A stretch of DNA of 32,000 nt from Fibrobacter succinogenes subsp. succinogenes S85. Lineage in GTDB: Bacteria; Fibrobacterota; Fibrobacteria; Fibrobacterales; Fibrobacteraceae. Below are positions 24,570-32,000 of this stretch, one piece after another. Each line of letters begins with the position of its first letter. Position 1 is the stretch's first letter. The translations under genes were made by a program, and so were the position numbers. The notes below the pieces were generated by a model. The model ran no database searches, had not been told where the DNA came from, and saw only the letters and a program-made list of their open reading frames with translations. The stretch is taken from contig NC_017448.1 of assembly GCF_000146505.1 (NCBI RefSeq), forward strand, positions 1,380,001 through 1,412,000, given 5' to 3'.

Positions 24570-26750
24570 ATGAGATTGAATACCTTTGGCATCGCATGCA
24601 GCTCGCTTCTCATGGCAGCATCAGCATTCGCCGCCCTCCCCAAGGCAACCGCATTGGTCGAACCGATGGGCATGGGTTATAATATCGGCAACACCATGGA
24701 AGTGCCGGAAAATCCGACAGCATGGGGTAACCCGCTCCCGACCGCAGGCTACATCAAGGCCATCAAGGCAGCCGGTTTCAACACCGTGCGTATTCCTTGC
24801 GCTTGGTATTCCCATTCTGACGCTCTTACCAAAGACATCGCCGCAAACGGCGGTACCGCAGACAACGGCAGTTACACCCACGTAGGCAAGGCCGCCGACT
24901 TTACCACCCCGACCATTGACGCCGCATGGCTCAAGCAGGTGAAGGACGTGGTGGACATGGTCATCGCCGAAGGCATGTACGTCGTCTTGAACTCCCACTG
25001 GGACGAAGGCTGGCTCGAAGACCGCGTTTATGAAGGCACGGCCAATCCGCGTAGCGGTTCCGGCGACATCGCCAACTCTTCCGCAACGACAAAGGCCCGT
25101 CAGGCCGCTTTCTGGTCTCAGATTGCTTCTTACTTCAAAGACTATGATGAACACCTCCTCTTCGCAGGCGCCAACGAACCGGGCGTGAACGACCCGTGGG
25201 GTTCCAGCGGACAGTGGGTATTCGACGACTCCCGTATGCAGATTTTGAAGGGCTACTACGACGCATTCATCACTTCCGTGCGTAGCGCAGGCGGCAACAA
25301 CGACACCCGCACCTTGATTGTGCAGGCTCCGCGTACCGAAATGGACAACGCTCCGATGCTCAGCAAGAACTGGCCGACCGACCCGGCTGGCGATGGCTAC
25401 ATGATGGCCGAAGTCCACTATTATCCGTATCAGTACTCCCTCATGACCGCTGACGAAGATTGGGGCAAGCAGTTCTACTATTACACCGGACTTTCCAGCA
25501 CGAATGACAAGGAACACAACATGGGCTGGAACGTTTACAGCAAGAGCATCGACAACTCCGCTCTCGGCACCCCGAACCAGATTGCAAAGGCTTTCGGCGA
25601 ACTCAAGACGATGTTCTGCGACAAGGGCATTCCTGTAATTATCGGTGAACTCGGCGCCATCAAGCGCACCGGTCAGATTACCGACGCCGCAAACCTCAAG
25701 CTCCATTTGCAGGGCCGCGCCCTCTTCTACGGCGAAGTCGCTAAGAACGCCAAGGCTAACGGCATCGTTCCTTACGTTTGGGACACCGGTGCTGAAGACG
25801 ACGGCAACATGACCATCATCACCCGCCAAAAGGGCACCTACGAAATTCTCGACCCGGATGTCTTGAACGCATTGCAGAAGGCATACGGCATGGAAGGCAA
25901 CAACAAGAGCAACCTCGACAGCCTCGTCAAAGAAAACGAAGTTCCTGAAACCGCAGACGGCAAGGGCGTCCTCATCACCTACACGAGCAAGACCGCTGAC
26001 TCTAGCGAAACCGGCACGCTCCGCATCAACCTCTCCGGCACCGCTAAGGATCTTTCCAAGTACGTCGGCCTCGAAATTCGCATGAAGGGCGAAGTCGCTT
26101 CTGCAGGTCCTTGCACTGGCGCAAGCGACGGCTGCGGCGAATACGGCTGGACCTCCATGGACCTCTTCATGATGACCGGCAGCGCATGGGCATGGTTCGA
26201 CGCAAGCCTTTTGGAACAGGCCGACCAGCAGCTCGACGCCACCACATTCCAGACATTCAAGGTTTTGTGGACCGATTTCCGCACCGAACCCACGGGCCTC
26301 AACTCTGCTAACGCTATTGGTCTCAACCTCTACGGCACACAGGTTTCCGGCACCATCACGGTCGACTACATCAAGGGCATCAAGGCTGACGGCTCTACCG
26401 TTATCATCGATGACTTTGACAAGAAGCCCTCTACCGAAGGCACCGCTTCTAGCAAGATCGTCGCCGTCTCCGGTTCCGGCTCCTCCGCCATCAAGGCAGT
26501 CGCCGCCAAGGCAACGGGTCTCCGCCTGAACGTCGCTCAAGGCTCCGTCACGGCAATGTTCAATGCCAACAGAGCTACTCGCGGTACGGCTATGCTCATG
26601 AACTCCATGGGCCAGGTCATCGCTCAGAAGAACTTCAACGCCCACGTCGGTGCAAACGAAGTCCAGTTGAGCACAAGTGCACGCGGCGCTGCAGTCCTCA
26701 TCGTCAAGATGGGCAGCCAGAAGAGCGTACAGCAAGTCCGCCTCCGCTAA
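24570..26750 (+). CDS. Secreted glycoside hydrolase family 5 endoglucanase (cellulase) with a CBM-like beta-sandwich module and a C-terminal sorting-type domain
   Basis: AAGGAG SD. Signal peptide ...AASAFA-AL. GH5 signatures: NSHWDEGW, the acid/base Glu in FAGANEPG (E203) and the nucleophile Glu in VIIGELGA (E360). A ~150 aa module at aa 462-615 (W..F, G.TITVDYIKGI). The last ~80 aa resemble a T9SS-type CTD. Confidence 0.9.
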   Translation: MRLNTFGIACSSLLMAASAFAALPKATALVEPMGMGYNIGNTMEVPENPTAWGNPLPTAGYIKAIKAAGFNTVRIPCAWYSHSDALTKDIAANGGTADNGSYTHVGKAADFTTPTIDAAWLKQVKDVVDMVIAEGMYVVLNSHWDEGWLEDRVYEGTANPRSGSGDIANSSATTKARQAAFWSQIASYFKDYDEHLLFAGANEPGVNDPWGSSGQWVFDDSRMQILKGYYDAFITSVRSAGGNNDTRTLIVQAPRTEMDNAPMLSKNWPTDPAGDGYMMAEVHYYPYQYSLMTADEDWGKQFYYYTGLSSTNDKEHNMGWNVYSKSIDNSALGTPNQIAKAFGELKTMFCDKGIPVIIGELGAIKRTGQITDAANLKLHLQGRALFYGEVAKNAKANGIVPYVWDTGAEDDGNMTIITRQKGTYEILDPDVLNALQKAYGMEGNNKSNLDSLVKENEVPETADGKGVLITYTSKTADSSETGTLRINLSGTAKDLSKYVGLEIRMKGEVASAGPCTGASDGCGEYGWTSMDLFMMTGSAWAWFDASLLEQADQQLDATTFQTFKVLWTDFRTEPTGLNSANAIGLNLYGTQVSGTITVDYIKGIKADGSTVIIDDFDKKPSTEGTASSKIVAVSGSGSSAIKAVAAKATGLRLNVAQGSVTAMFNANRATRGTAMLMNSMGQVIAQKNFNAHVGANEVQLSTSARGAAVLIVKMGSQKSVQQVRLR

Positions 26751-26825
26751 CTTAAACCCCCTTGCATGTTGGAGTGTTTACAGCAAGGGAATAACAGAGA
26801 GACAAATCTCCTGTTGTTTTGGGGA

Positions 26826-26859
26826 AAGGGCCCGGCAATCGCCGAGCCCTTTTTCTTTT
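26826..26859. terminator. Bidirectional terminator between the convergent GH5 and lipoprotein genes
   Basis: GGGCCCGGC aatc GCCGAGCCC (one mismatch) followed by TTTTTCTTTT. It is preceded by GGGGAAA, which gives TTTCCCC on the minus strand. Confidence 0.75.
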
Positions 26860-26895
26860 CCTCCTAACAATTTTCCGCTTTCTATTTTCCGTTTT

Positions 26896-28437
26896 CTATT
26901 CGCGATTCGTTCCAAGCGCTTTCAGGAAGAAGTTTCCTTTATCGCCCGCTTTACCCGTTATAATGAACCTTATGGTAACGACTCGCTTGAGCACATTTTC
27001 AACTGTAGTTTTATACTTTTCGCCATTCGGGACTTTGTCCAGGTAAGCTTGTTTAAAATCGTCCCACGCATAACACATGGTCGATTCTCCAGAAGTCACC
27101 GGTAACGTTACAGATGGCCACTTGTAAATTTCATAGTCATCTTCTTCAACGACAAATCCTGCCGATGCCGTATCGAAATCCACCTCCAGCGAAACAGGAT
27201 CCAAATCGAGCACTATGGGAATATCCGTTTTATAAGTAACGCAGACGCCGTTCCAGTTTGTGACATCGACAGCCTTGACCACGCCCGATTCATTATTCGC
27301 CAGTTGGAAACCGAAGAGCGCCACCGGATCCACCTCAGCCGTCCCAACAAGCTTGACACTACTGCACAAGCCACCACACTCATCAATCACCTGTTCAAAG
27401 TAAAAACCTTTATGGTCATCATACGCCTTGTACTTCCACCAGCCAAAAGACGAATTTTGGTCCGTATAGTCATACCATTTGCCCCTTGCTAGAGATTTCC
27501 AGGAATTATCCGCATAGAGCCCCGTCTTGACGGTCTTATCGCCCGCAGCTCCGTCCCACAGGTCCGCAGGATTTACCACAGCCGGTTCCGCACTTGACGA
27601 ACTTTCACCTTGCTTTGCCTGAAAATCCGCAAGCGTTCCCAAGCTCTTGATATTGAACTTGTACTCTCCAGGAGAGGCTGAGATCACAAATCTGAATGCG
27701 ACCAGTTGCTTAGCGGCCTTTTCTCCAGAATTTTCAAGCCAGTATTCCGGGACACCCGCAACGGCGGCAATCCAAGCAGGATACTTAAAATCGCTCCACT
27801 TAAAGCACTTTGTCACAGGGCCCGTAGTCACCGTCTTGGGCAAGGCAACCGCAGGCAAGGCTTCTCCAAGCAACGCATTCACGGAATCGCCCAAATCCAA
27901 TTCCAAAGCGGGCGCCGCCTCCGATTCGTACGTCATGCAAACGCCTTTCCAGTCCGTAACATCAACAGGAACAGGCTTACCATTGTCATCCTTTGCAAGC
28001 GTAAAGCCAACACCCGCAAACGGATTATAGGTCAAAGAATACTTCGCCAAAGATACGGTTCCGCAAATGCCATCGCACGATTCGACAACGGTCCGTTCAT
28101 CCTGTACACCGACCAAATCAGTCGGCCAGACCACAGAAGACGTTCCACCCTTTTCAGCATCCGTTTCCAAAGTCCAACGACCATCCGCTTTTGCATTCGC
28201 GGGAAGCTTTGCGGCATAGCGAGCGACATTGAGCGAGAAGCCGCCCGCGCTCGGATTCCACAAGTCGCCTTCGCGAGCATCAAAAGAACTGGACGAAGGA
28301 GTATCCACCGAACTTGATGAAAGCTCCCCAATTGTATTCGGTTCGACCGAAGTTCCGACAAGGCGGCCGTTATCATCGGAACATGCCACAAGCGCAATTG
28401 CCGCCGCACCGCACGCCGTATAAAGTTTCTTATTCAT
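26896..28437 (-). CDS. Dual-module lipoprotein, 513 aa, paralog of the upstream gene; family not recognised
   Basis: GGAGGG SD 4 nt upstream of the start codon. Lipobox LVA-C19 followed by SDD. GTSVEPNTI motif and poly-Ser linkers. Two ~215 aa modules (nt 27634-28266 and 26908-27564). Ends LGTNRE. Confidence 0.82.
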   Translation of the reverse strand: MNKKLYTACGAAAIALVACSDDNGRLVGTSVEPNTIGELSSSSVDTPSSSSFDAREGDLWNPSAGGFSLNVARYAAKLPANAKADGRWTLETDAEKGGTSSVVWPTDLVGVQDERTVVESCDGICGTVSLAKYSLTYNPFAGVGFTLAKDDNGKPVPVDVTDWKGVCMTYESEAAPALELDLGDSVNALLGEALPAVALPKTVTTGPVTKCFKWSDFKYPAWIAAVAGVPEYWLENSGEKAAKQLVAFRFVISASPGEYKFNIKSLGTLADFQAKQGESSSSAEPAVVNPADLWDGAAGDKTVKTGLYADNSWKSLARGKWYDYTDQNSSFGWWKYKAYDDHKGFYFEQVIDECGGLCSSVKLVGTAEVDPVALFGFQLANNESGVVKAVDVTNWNGVCVTYKTDIPIVLDLDPVSLEVDFDTASAGFVVEEDDYEIYKWPSVTLPVTSGESTMCYAWDDFKQAYLDKVPNGEKYKTTVENVLKRVVTIRFIITGKAGDKGNFFLKALGTNRE

Positions 28438-28446
28438 ATTCCCTCC

Positions 28447-30519
28447 CTATTTGCGATTCGTTCCAATCGACATAATATTGAACTCATACATCCCAGGTGC
28501 AGACTGCATCTTGAAATTCACCTTCGCCAAATGCTTGGATGCCAGCACACCAGCGCTATCCAGCCATCCAGAAGTTTTTAGCCAATCCTGGTCTACATTA
28601 GGTGAAGATTTCGCCCACGAAGGCAATTTAAAATCACTCCATTCAAAGCATTTTTTGTTAAAGCTTGCAGACTTCGAAAGAGGCGCTGCCGGCAAAGCGA
28701 AGCCAAGCAAAAAGCTTAACGAATCACCTACATCCAGTTCAACATTAAGCGAAATAGTCGACGTATAGCTAACGCAAATTCCACCCCAATTCGAAACATC
28801 AAGAGGGATAGATTTGCCCGCCCCATATTCATCAATCGCCAACGAAAATCCAATAACCACATACGGCTGGTAAGACAACGTTCCCTCATCCAAGACAGCC
28901 GTTCCGCAGACACCTCCGCAATGATCAATCAACGGTTCAATCGCACCTTCATTAAAGTCATCGCCAAAATCCACTGGCCAGTACACATCGGACTTGCCCC
29001 CATCAATGGTATCAGTAGCAAAGAACCAGACCCCATATTTCACGTCATCCCTGCGCGATTCAACAAAGCTTCCGACATCAACATCTACAGTATACCCGTT
29101 CCACAAATCTCCATCGCCCGAAGGAAGCGTGCAACACGGGAAGAACGAAGAACTGCTCGAGTTGCCAACCGATGATGAAGACAAATTCATACAGCTATCA
29201 ACGCGGTCCAAAAGGACCTGTTTTCTGGCAAGTGCATTTTCTTCAACAATATCATCATATCGCGATTTCACAGACGCAAATTCTGGAGAATAACGGAACG
29301 AGCCATCGGCACATTGCATTATCTTGGGCTGTGCATTGTCGCAAGGCAGATTCTCCGTCGTGATGAGAGGCATTTCCAATGTAGAACGCATCCACATTGC
29401 ATTGACGCATGTATTTTCTGCTAACAAACTTTGGCCCCAAATACCCCTAGCCTCATCAACCGCATTCAAATGCCCTAAACGGGTACCTTCATAGGCGGCA
29501 TTGGAATCCGCATAATTGCACTCGCAGAAATGTTCAACAACAGTCGGAATAAGGCAGGATTCATCAACTACTGGGAGGTTTTCACCGTCCAACGCTCTTC
29601 GACCGTTCGCAGTAGCAAAGCGCCCGAATCGAACAATCTTAAAAGACAAAGTTGACTTATCGTAATAGCCGTTTATCTTAAAGTGGACTCCAACTAAATG
29701 CTTTACCGCATTTTCAACGCTAACGGCAGGCTCACCATCACGTACAACGTTTTTGGCATAATTCGCAAAATCGGCCCACGCAAAGCATTCTTCACGATAA
29801 TCCAAGTCGTTCAATTTTTCATTGACCGTAGTTCTATTCAGTATTACTCTATAAATTTCATCACCCAACAAAGCATTGACAGAATCGCTAAAATCAAGAG
29901 ACATCGTGATTAAGCCGTTTGACGCATAGCCCACGCAAAAACCGCCTAACCCACTAGCGTCAACTTCATCAAATCGCCCAAATGCGTTTTTACCTGCCAT
30001 GCTAAAAGCGATATCAACGGACGCAGGCTTTTCCACACTCATAAATTCATAGTCAAAACCATTTACGCCATCAACCGCATTAAAACGCGCCTTGCCGCAA
30101 ATAGAACCACCACAAAGTTCAATCACATCGCTCATGGCCAAAGAATCGTAATCTTGTCGAGCAGTTCCCGTCCATAAAACACTTGGAATCAGAACTTCGT
30201 TTGTATCCAACGTCCAATACCAAATGCCAGACGTATTCGTTCCGTTATCAAAACCAGTATGGACGCGGTTTCCAGATTCCGGATTCCACATTTCAGCAAA
30301 CCAGTCGCAACCGGCAGGCGCATTTTCCATTTCAGACACGCGACATAGTCTTGGTTGACCATCCCTCGGGAAAGTCCCGCTGCTCGACGAATAACTTGAC
30401 GAGCTAAGCGCAATCGTATTCGGTTCCACCGATGTCCCAGAGACACTATCATCCGAACAGGCGGTAGCCCACAACGCTAGCGCCACAGCACCGCACGCCG
30501 CATAAAGTTTATTCTCCAT
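28447..30519 (-). CDS. Dual-module lipoprotein with a Cys-rich insert, 690 aa; family not recognised
   Basis: GAGGAGG SD lies inside the end of the regulator ORF. Lipobox ATA-C21 followed by SDD, then GTSVEPNTI and poly-Ser. Modules at nt 29623-30294 and 28459-29112, separated by a 169-aa, 9-Cys insert. Ends IGTNRK. Confidence 0.82.
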   Translation of the reverse strand: MENKLYAACGAVALALWATACSDDSVSGTSVEPNTIALSSSSYSSSSGTFPRDGQPRLCRVSEMENAPAGCDWFAEMWNPESGNRVHTGFDNGTNTSGIWYWTLDTNEVLIPSVLWTGTARQDYDSLAMSDVIELCGGSICGKARFNAVDGVNGFDYEFMSVEKPASVDIAFSMAGKNAFGRFDEVDASGLGGFCVGYASNGLITMSLDFSDSVNALLGDEIYRVILNRTTVNEKLNDLDYREECFAWADFANYAKNVVRDGEPAVSVENAVKHLVGVHFKINGYYDKSTLSFKIVRFGRFATANGRRALDGENLPVVDESCLIPTVVEHFCECNYADSNAAYEGTRLGHLNAVDEARGIWGQSLLAENTCVNAMWMRSTLEMPLITTENLPCDNAQPKIMQCADGSFRYSPEFASVKSRYDDIVEENALARKQVLLDRVDSCMNLSSSSVGNSSSSSFFPCCTLPSGDGDLWNGYTVDVDVGSFVESRRDDVKYGVWFFATDTIDGGKSDVYWPVDFGDDFNEGAIEPLIDHCGGVCGTAVLDEGTLSYQPYVVIGFSLAIDEYGAGKSIPLDVSNWGGICVSYTSTISLNVELDVGDSLSFLLGFALPAAPLSKSASFNKKCFEWSDFKLPSWAKSSPNVDQDWLKTSGWLDSAGVLASKHLAKVNFKMQSAPGMYEFNIMSIGTNRK

Positions 30520-30520
30520 T

Positions 30521-31354
30521 TTACGCCTCCTCTTTTTTCACAATTTCCTTTGACAGCGGAAACAGCTGTAAATTCAACCTGTAAACTTGCGTGATATCGC
30601 TACATTCATTTGCAATTTCAGTAATCTTTTTGCGGCACTCGTCAAGTACTGCGACAATTTTTTCGTACGCCTCACGATTCACGCCCATCGTAATTCCCGT
30701 AACGTTTCGCACGTCCGGCGCAAAGCGGTTCAGAGAATCTACCGCCAAATTTCCCATGGCACGATGCATGGAGCGGATGGCAAGCGGCAATCCTTCCTTG
30801 GAGCCCTCCACAGACTTTTCAGTTTGTTCGTAAACATTCTCGCGGACTTGTTTCAGGAATCCTGCACGTTCCAGGAAAGAGAGCGACTTGCGGACATCTA
30901 GCGCTGAAACATCTTGCGCACAGGCTTTTGCAATATCGCCCGGCATCGCTCCCGGCATCAAAGGCGCCAACTCTCGCACCACCGGATTTTTCCAGGTATC
31001 GTAATACTCAAACGCATCTTTATCTACAATGCGGACCTTATGAGACAAAGCCATTGAATTCATTTGTTCCAAGAACTTTTTCTTTTGTTCGTCATTCTTG
31101 GCATTACCAAACTGCACCATCGTTTCAAAATATTCGACCTCGTAACCCACAAGCCCAATCGCCTGGGCCACACGACCCATGGTCACCTTGCTCAAATTCG
31201 TCTTGCCTTCGCAAACCATCTTGAGATACGACGGCGAGACAAAACCCGCAATTTTGGCAAACTCGCGCCACGAGAACGCAGAAGTTCTCTTGCGCTCTTC
31301 GTAGTAGTCGCTCAAAAAAGCGTGGTAGTCCTGATATTCAACAATCGGCTTCAT
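30521..31354 (-). CDS. HTH DNA-binding regulator resembling the Fibrobacter paralogous family TIGR02147 / DUF4423
   Basis: N-terminal XRE-like HTH (SWREFAKIAGFVSPSYLKMVCEGKTNLS). A second winged-helix-like segment (IAKACAQDVSALDVRKSLSFLERAGFLKQ). 277 aa. The family assignment is from memory of the TIGR02147 N-terminal pattern (Y..YL.DYY...K). Confidence 0.72.
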   Translation of the reverse strand: MKPIVEYQDYHAFLSDYYEERKRTSAFSWREFAKIAGFVSPSYLKMVCEGKTNLSKVTMGRVAQAIGLVGYEVEYFETMVQFGNAKNDEQKKKFLEQMNSMALSHKVRIVDKDAFEYYDTWKNPVVRELAPLMPGAMPGDIAKACAQDVSALDVRKSLSFLERAGFLKQVRENVYEQTEKSVEGSKEGLPLAIRSMHRAMGNLAVDSLNRFAPDVRNVTGITMGVNREAYEKIVAVLDECRKKITEIANECSDITQVYRLNLQLFPLSKEIVKKEEA

Positions 31355-31463
31355 ACTTATAAATATACCTTTCCGACTATTTCCACGTCAATATTTTATA
31401 GTACAATTTCTTTAAAATTCCTCAATTTTAAGCAATTTTATTTAATATAAAAACACAATTTTA

Positions 31464-31475
31464 TACTATATAGTA
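31464..31475. promoter_or_regulatory. Perfect 12-bp palindrome TACTATATAGTA in the regulator-operon upstream region
   Basis: Self-complementary by inspection. The related string ATTTTATAGTACA recurs at 31393-31405. It is ~110 nt upstream of the start codon at 31354. Confidence 0.3.
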
Positions 31476-31493
31476 CATCCCGTACTGTATACG

Positions 31494-31526
31494 AAAATCG
31501 CCGCAGTTTTACCTGCGGCGACTTTT
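31494..31526 (-). terminator. Terminator of the malic-enzyme gene (hairpin flanked by A/T runs on both sides)
   Basis: Stem TCGCCGCAG (31498-31506) / CTGCGGCGA (31513-21), 6-nt loop. AAAA precedes it and CTTTT follows on the plus strand. Confidence 0.8.
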
Positions 31527-31563
31527 AAAAAGCAACTAGAATCGCGGGCGCGAAATGCGCTGA

Positions 31564-32000
31564 TTACCAGATCTTGTCGAACTTCTTCTTGTTCTTTTCT
31601 TCGTCCTTCTTTTCCTGAACGATGGCGTCGATGACGGCGGCCACCGTCAGGTTGAAGATATCGTGGACAGAAGCGTCGGAGTCGGTGAAGTGCACCGGCT
31701 TGTTCAAGCCCATCTGAACAGGACCGATGGATTCGCCAACGCCCATTTCCAAAAGCATCTTGCAAGTGGTATTTGCAGAAGAGAGGCACGGGAAGATGAG
31801 CGTGTTCACGGTCTGGCCCTTGATCTTGTTGAACGGATACTTCGTGTCACGAAGGTCCTTGTCAAGCGCCACGTTCACCTGCATTTCACCATCGAGAACA
31901 TAATCCGGATACTGTTCGTGAATCGTCTTCACGGCTTCGCGGACCTTGTTCACGGTGCCACGAGCAGCTTCCTTGTCGCTACCGAAGTTTGCGTAGCTGA
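31564..32000 (-). CDS. maeB: NADP-dependent malic enzyme, C-terminal phosphate-acetyltransferase-like domain (3' fragment; the gene continues beyond the window)
   Basis: The frame stays open to nt 32000; the track 'M' at 31953 is a GTG inside the ORF. SYANFGS...DGEMQVNVAL...NTLIFP...IGPVQMGLNKPVHF matches the MaeB-type PTA-like tail (GEM..., KPVH) better than bona fide Pta (KPVNDLSRG). Confidence 0.7.
   Translation of the reverse strand, partial: SYANFGSDKEAARGTVNKVREAVKTIHEQYPDYVLDGEMQVNVALDKDLRDTKYPFNKIKGQTVNTLIFPCLSSANTTCKMLLEMGVGESIGPVQMGLNKPVHFTDSDASVHDIFNLTVAAVIDAIVQEKKDEEKNKKKFDKIW

Noticed and set aside
24621-26735. A 704-aa ORF antisense to almost the whole GH5 gene. Similar long antisense ORFs lie opposite polA (22742-24118), manC (7888-9198), wza (9029-10315), pheS (6495-7502), rfbB (11612-12505), the permease (16752-17855) and the helicase (13996-14592, 14995-15651, 15652-16182).
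   Set aside because: In every case the sense frame carries unmistakable family motifs. The antisense translations are low-information (V/A/G/D/H/R-rich) with no motifs, no SD and no sensible start context. Long shadow ORFs are expected where sense codons TTA, CTA and TCA are rare. I treat them as codon-bias artefacts.
31564-32000. Calling the 3' fragment phosphate acetyltransferase (pta).
   Set aside because: The tail has DGEM...and KPVH-type motifs typical of the PTA-like domain of MaeB malic enzymes, rather than the Pta KPVNDLSRG motif. The upstream part is outside the window, so this remains a moderate-confidence call.

Overview
This is a chromosomal window that looks like Fibrobacter (Fibrobacterota). 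That assignment is an inference from a TIGR02147/DUF4423-type paralog, the lipoprotein and GH5 content, and mid-range GC judged by eye. Gene order: the last 6.4 kb of a giant Cys-rich surface protein (+); pheS (+); a minus-strand sugar-nucleotide/EPS-export gene string rfbA-rfbB-rfbC-wzb-wza-manC; an orphan SF2 helicase with a DUF3516-like tail (+); a metal-resistance pair on the minus strand (an ArsR/SmtB alpha5-type sensor plus an ArsP/SO_0444-like permease carrying two His/Cys-rich tracts and a C-terminal HMA domain); an OM beta-barrel protein, nnr and polA (+); a secreted GH5 endoglucanase (+). Convergent to the GH5 gene is a tightly coupled three-gene minus-strand operon: an HTH regulator followed by two paralogous dual-module lipoproteins. 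The window ends with the 3' end of a MaeB-type malic enzyme (-). I saw no rRNA, tRNA, CRISPR, transposase or integrase. The best candidate for an undescribed system is the regulator plus twin-lipoprotein operon at 26896-31354, possibly a surface glycan-binding apparatus, since it sits next to the cellulase. Secondary items are: the giant Cys-bracketed repeat protein; the His/Cys-rich metal permease and its operator; a 413-bp AT-rich spacer with two phased TTACGTGA/TCACGTAA inverted-repeat pairs; and stop-codon-bearing tandem heptamers in the rfb operon spacers. All family assignments come from motif recognition by eye. No database search was run.
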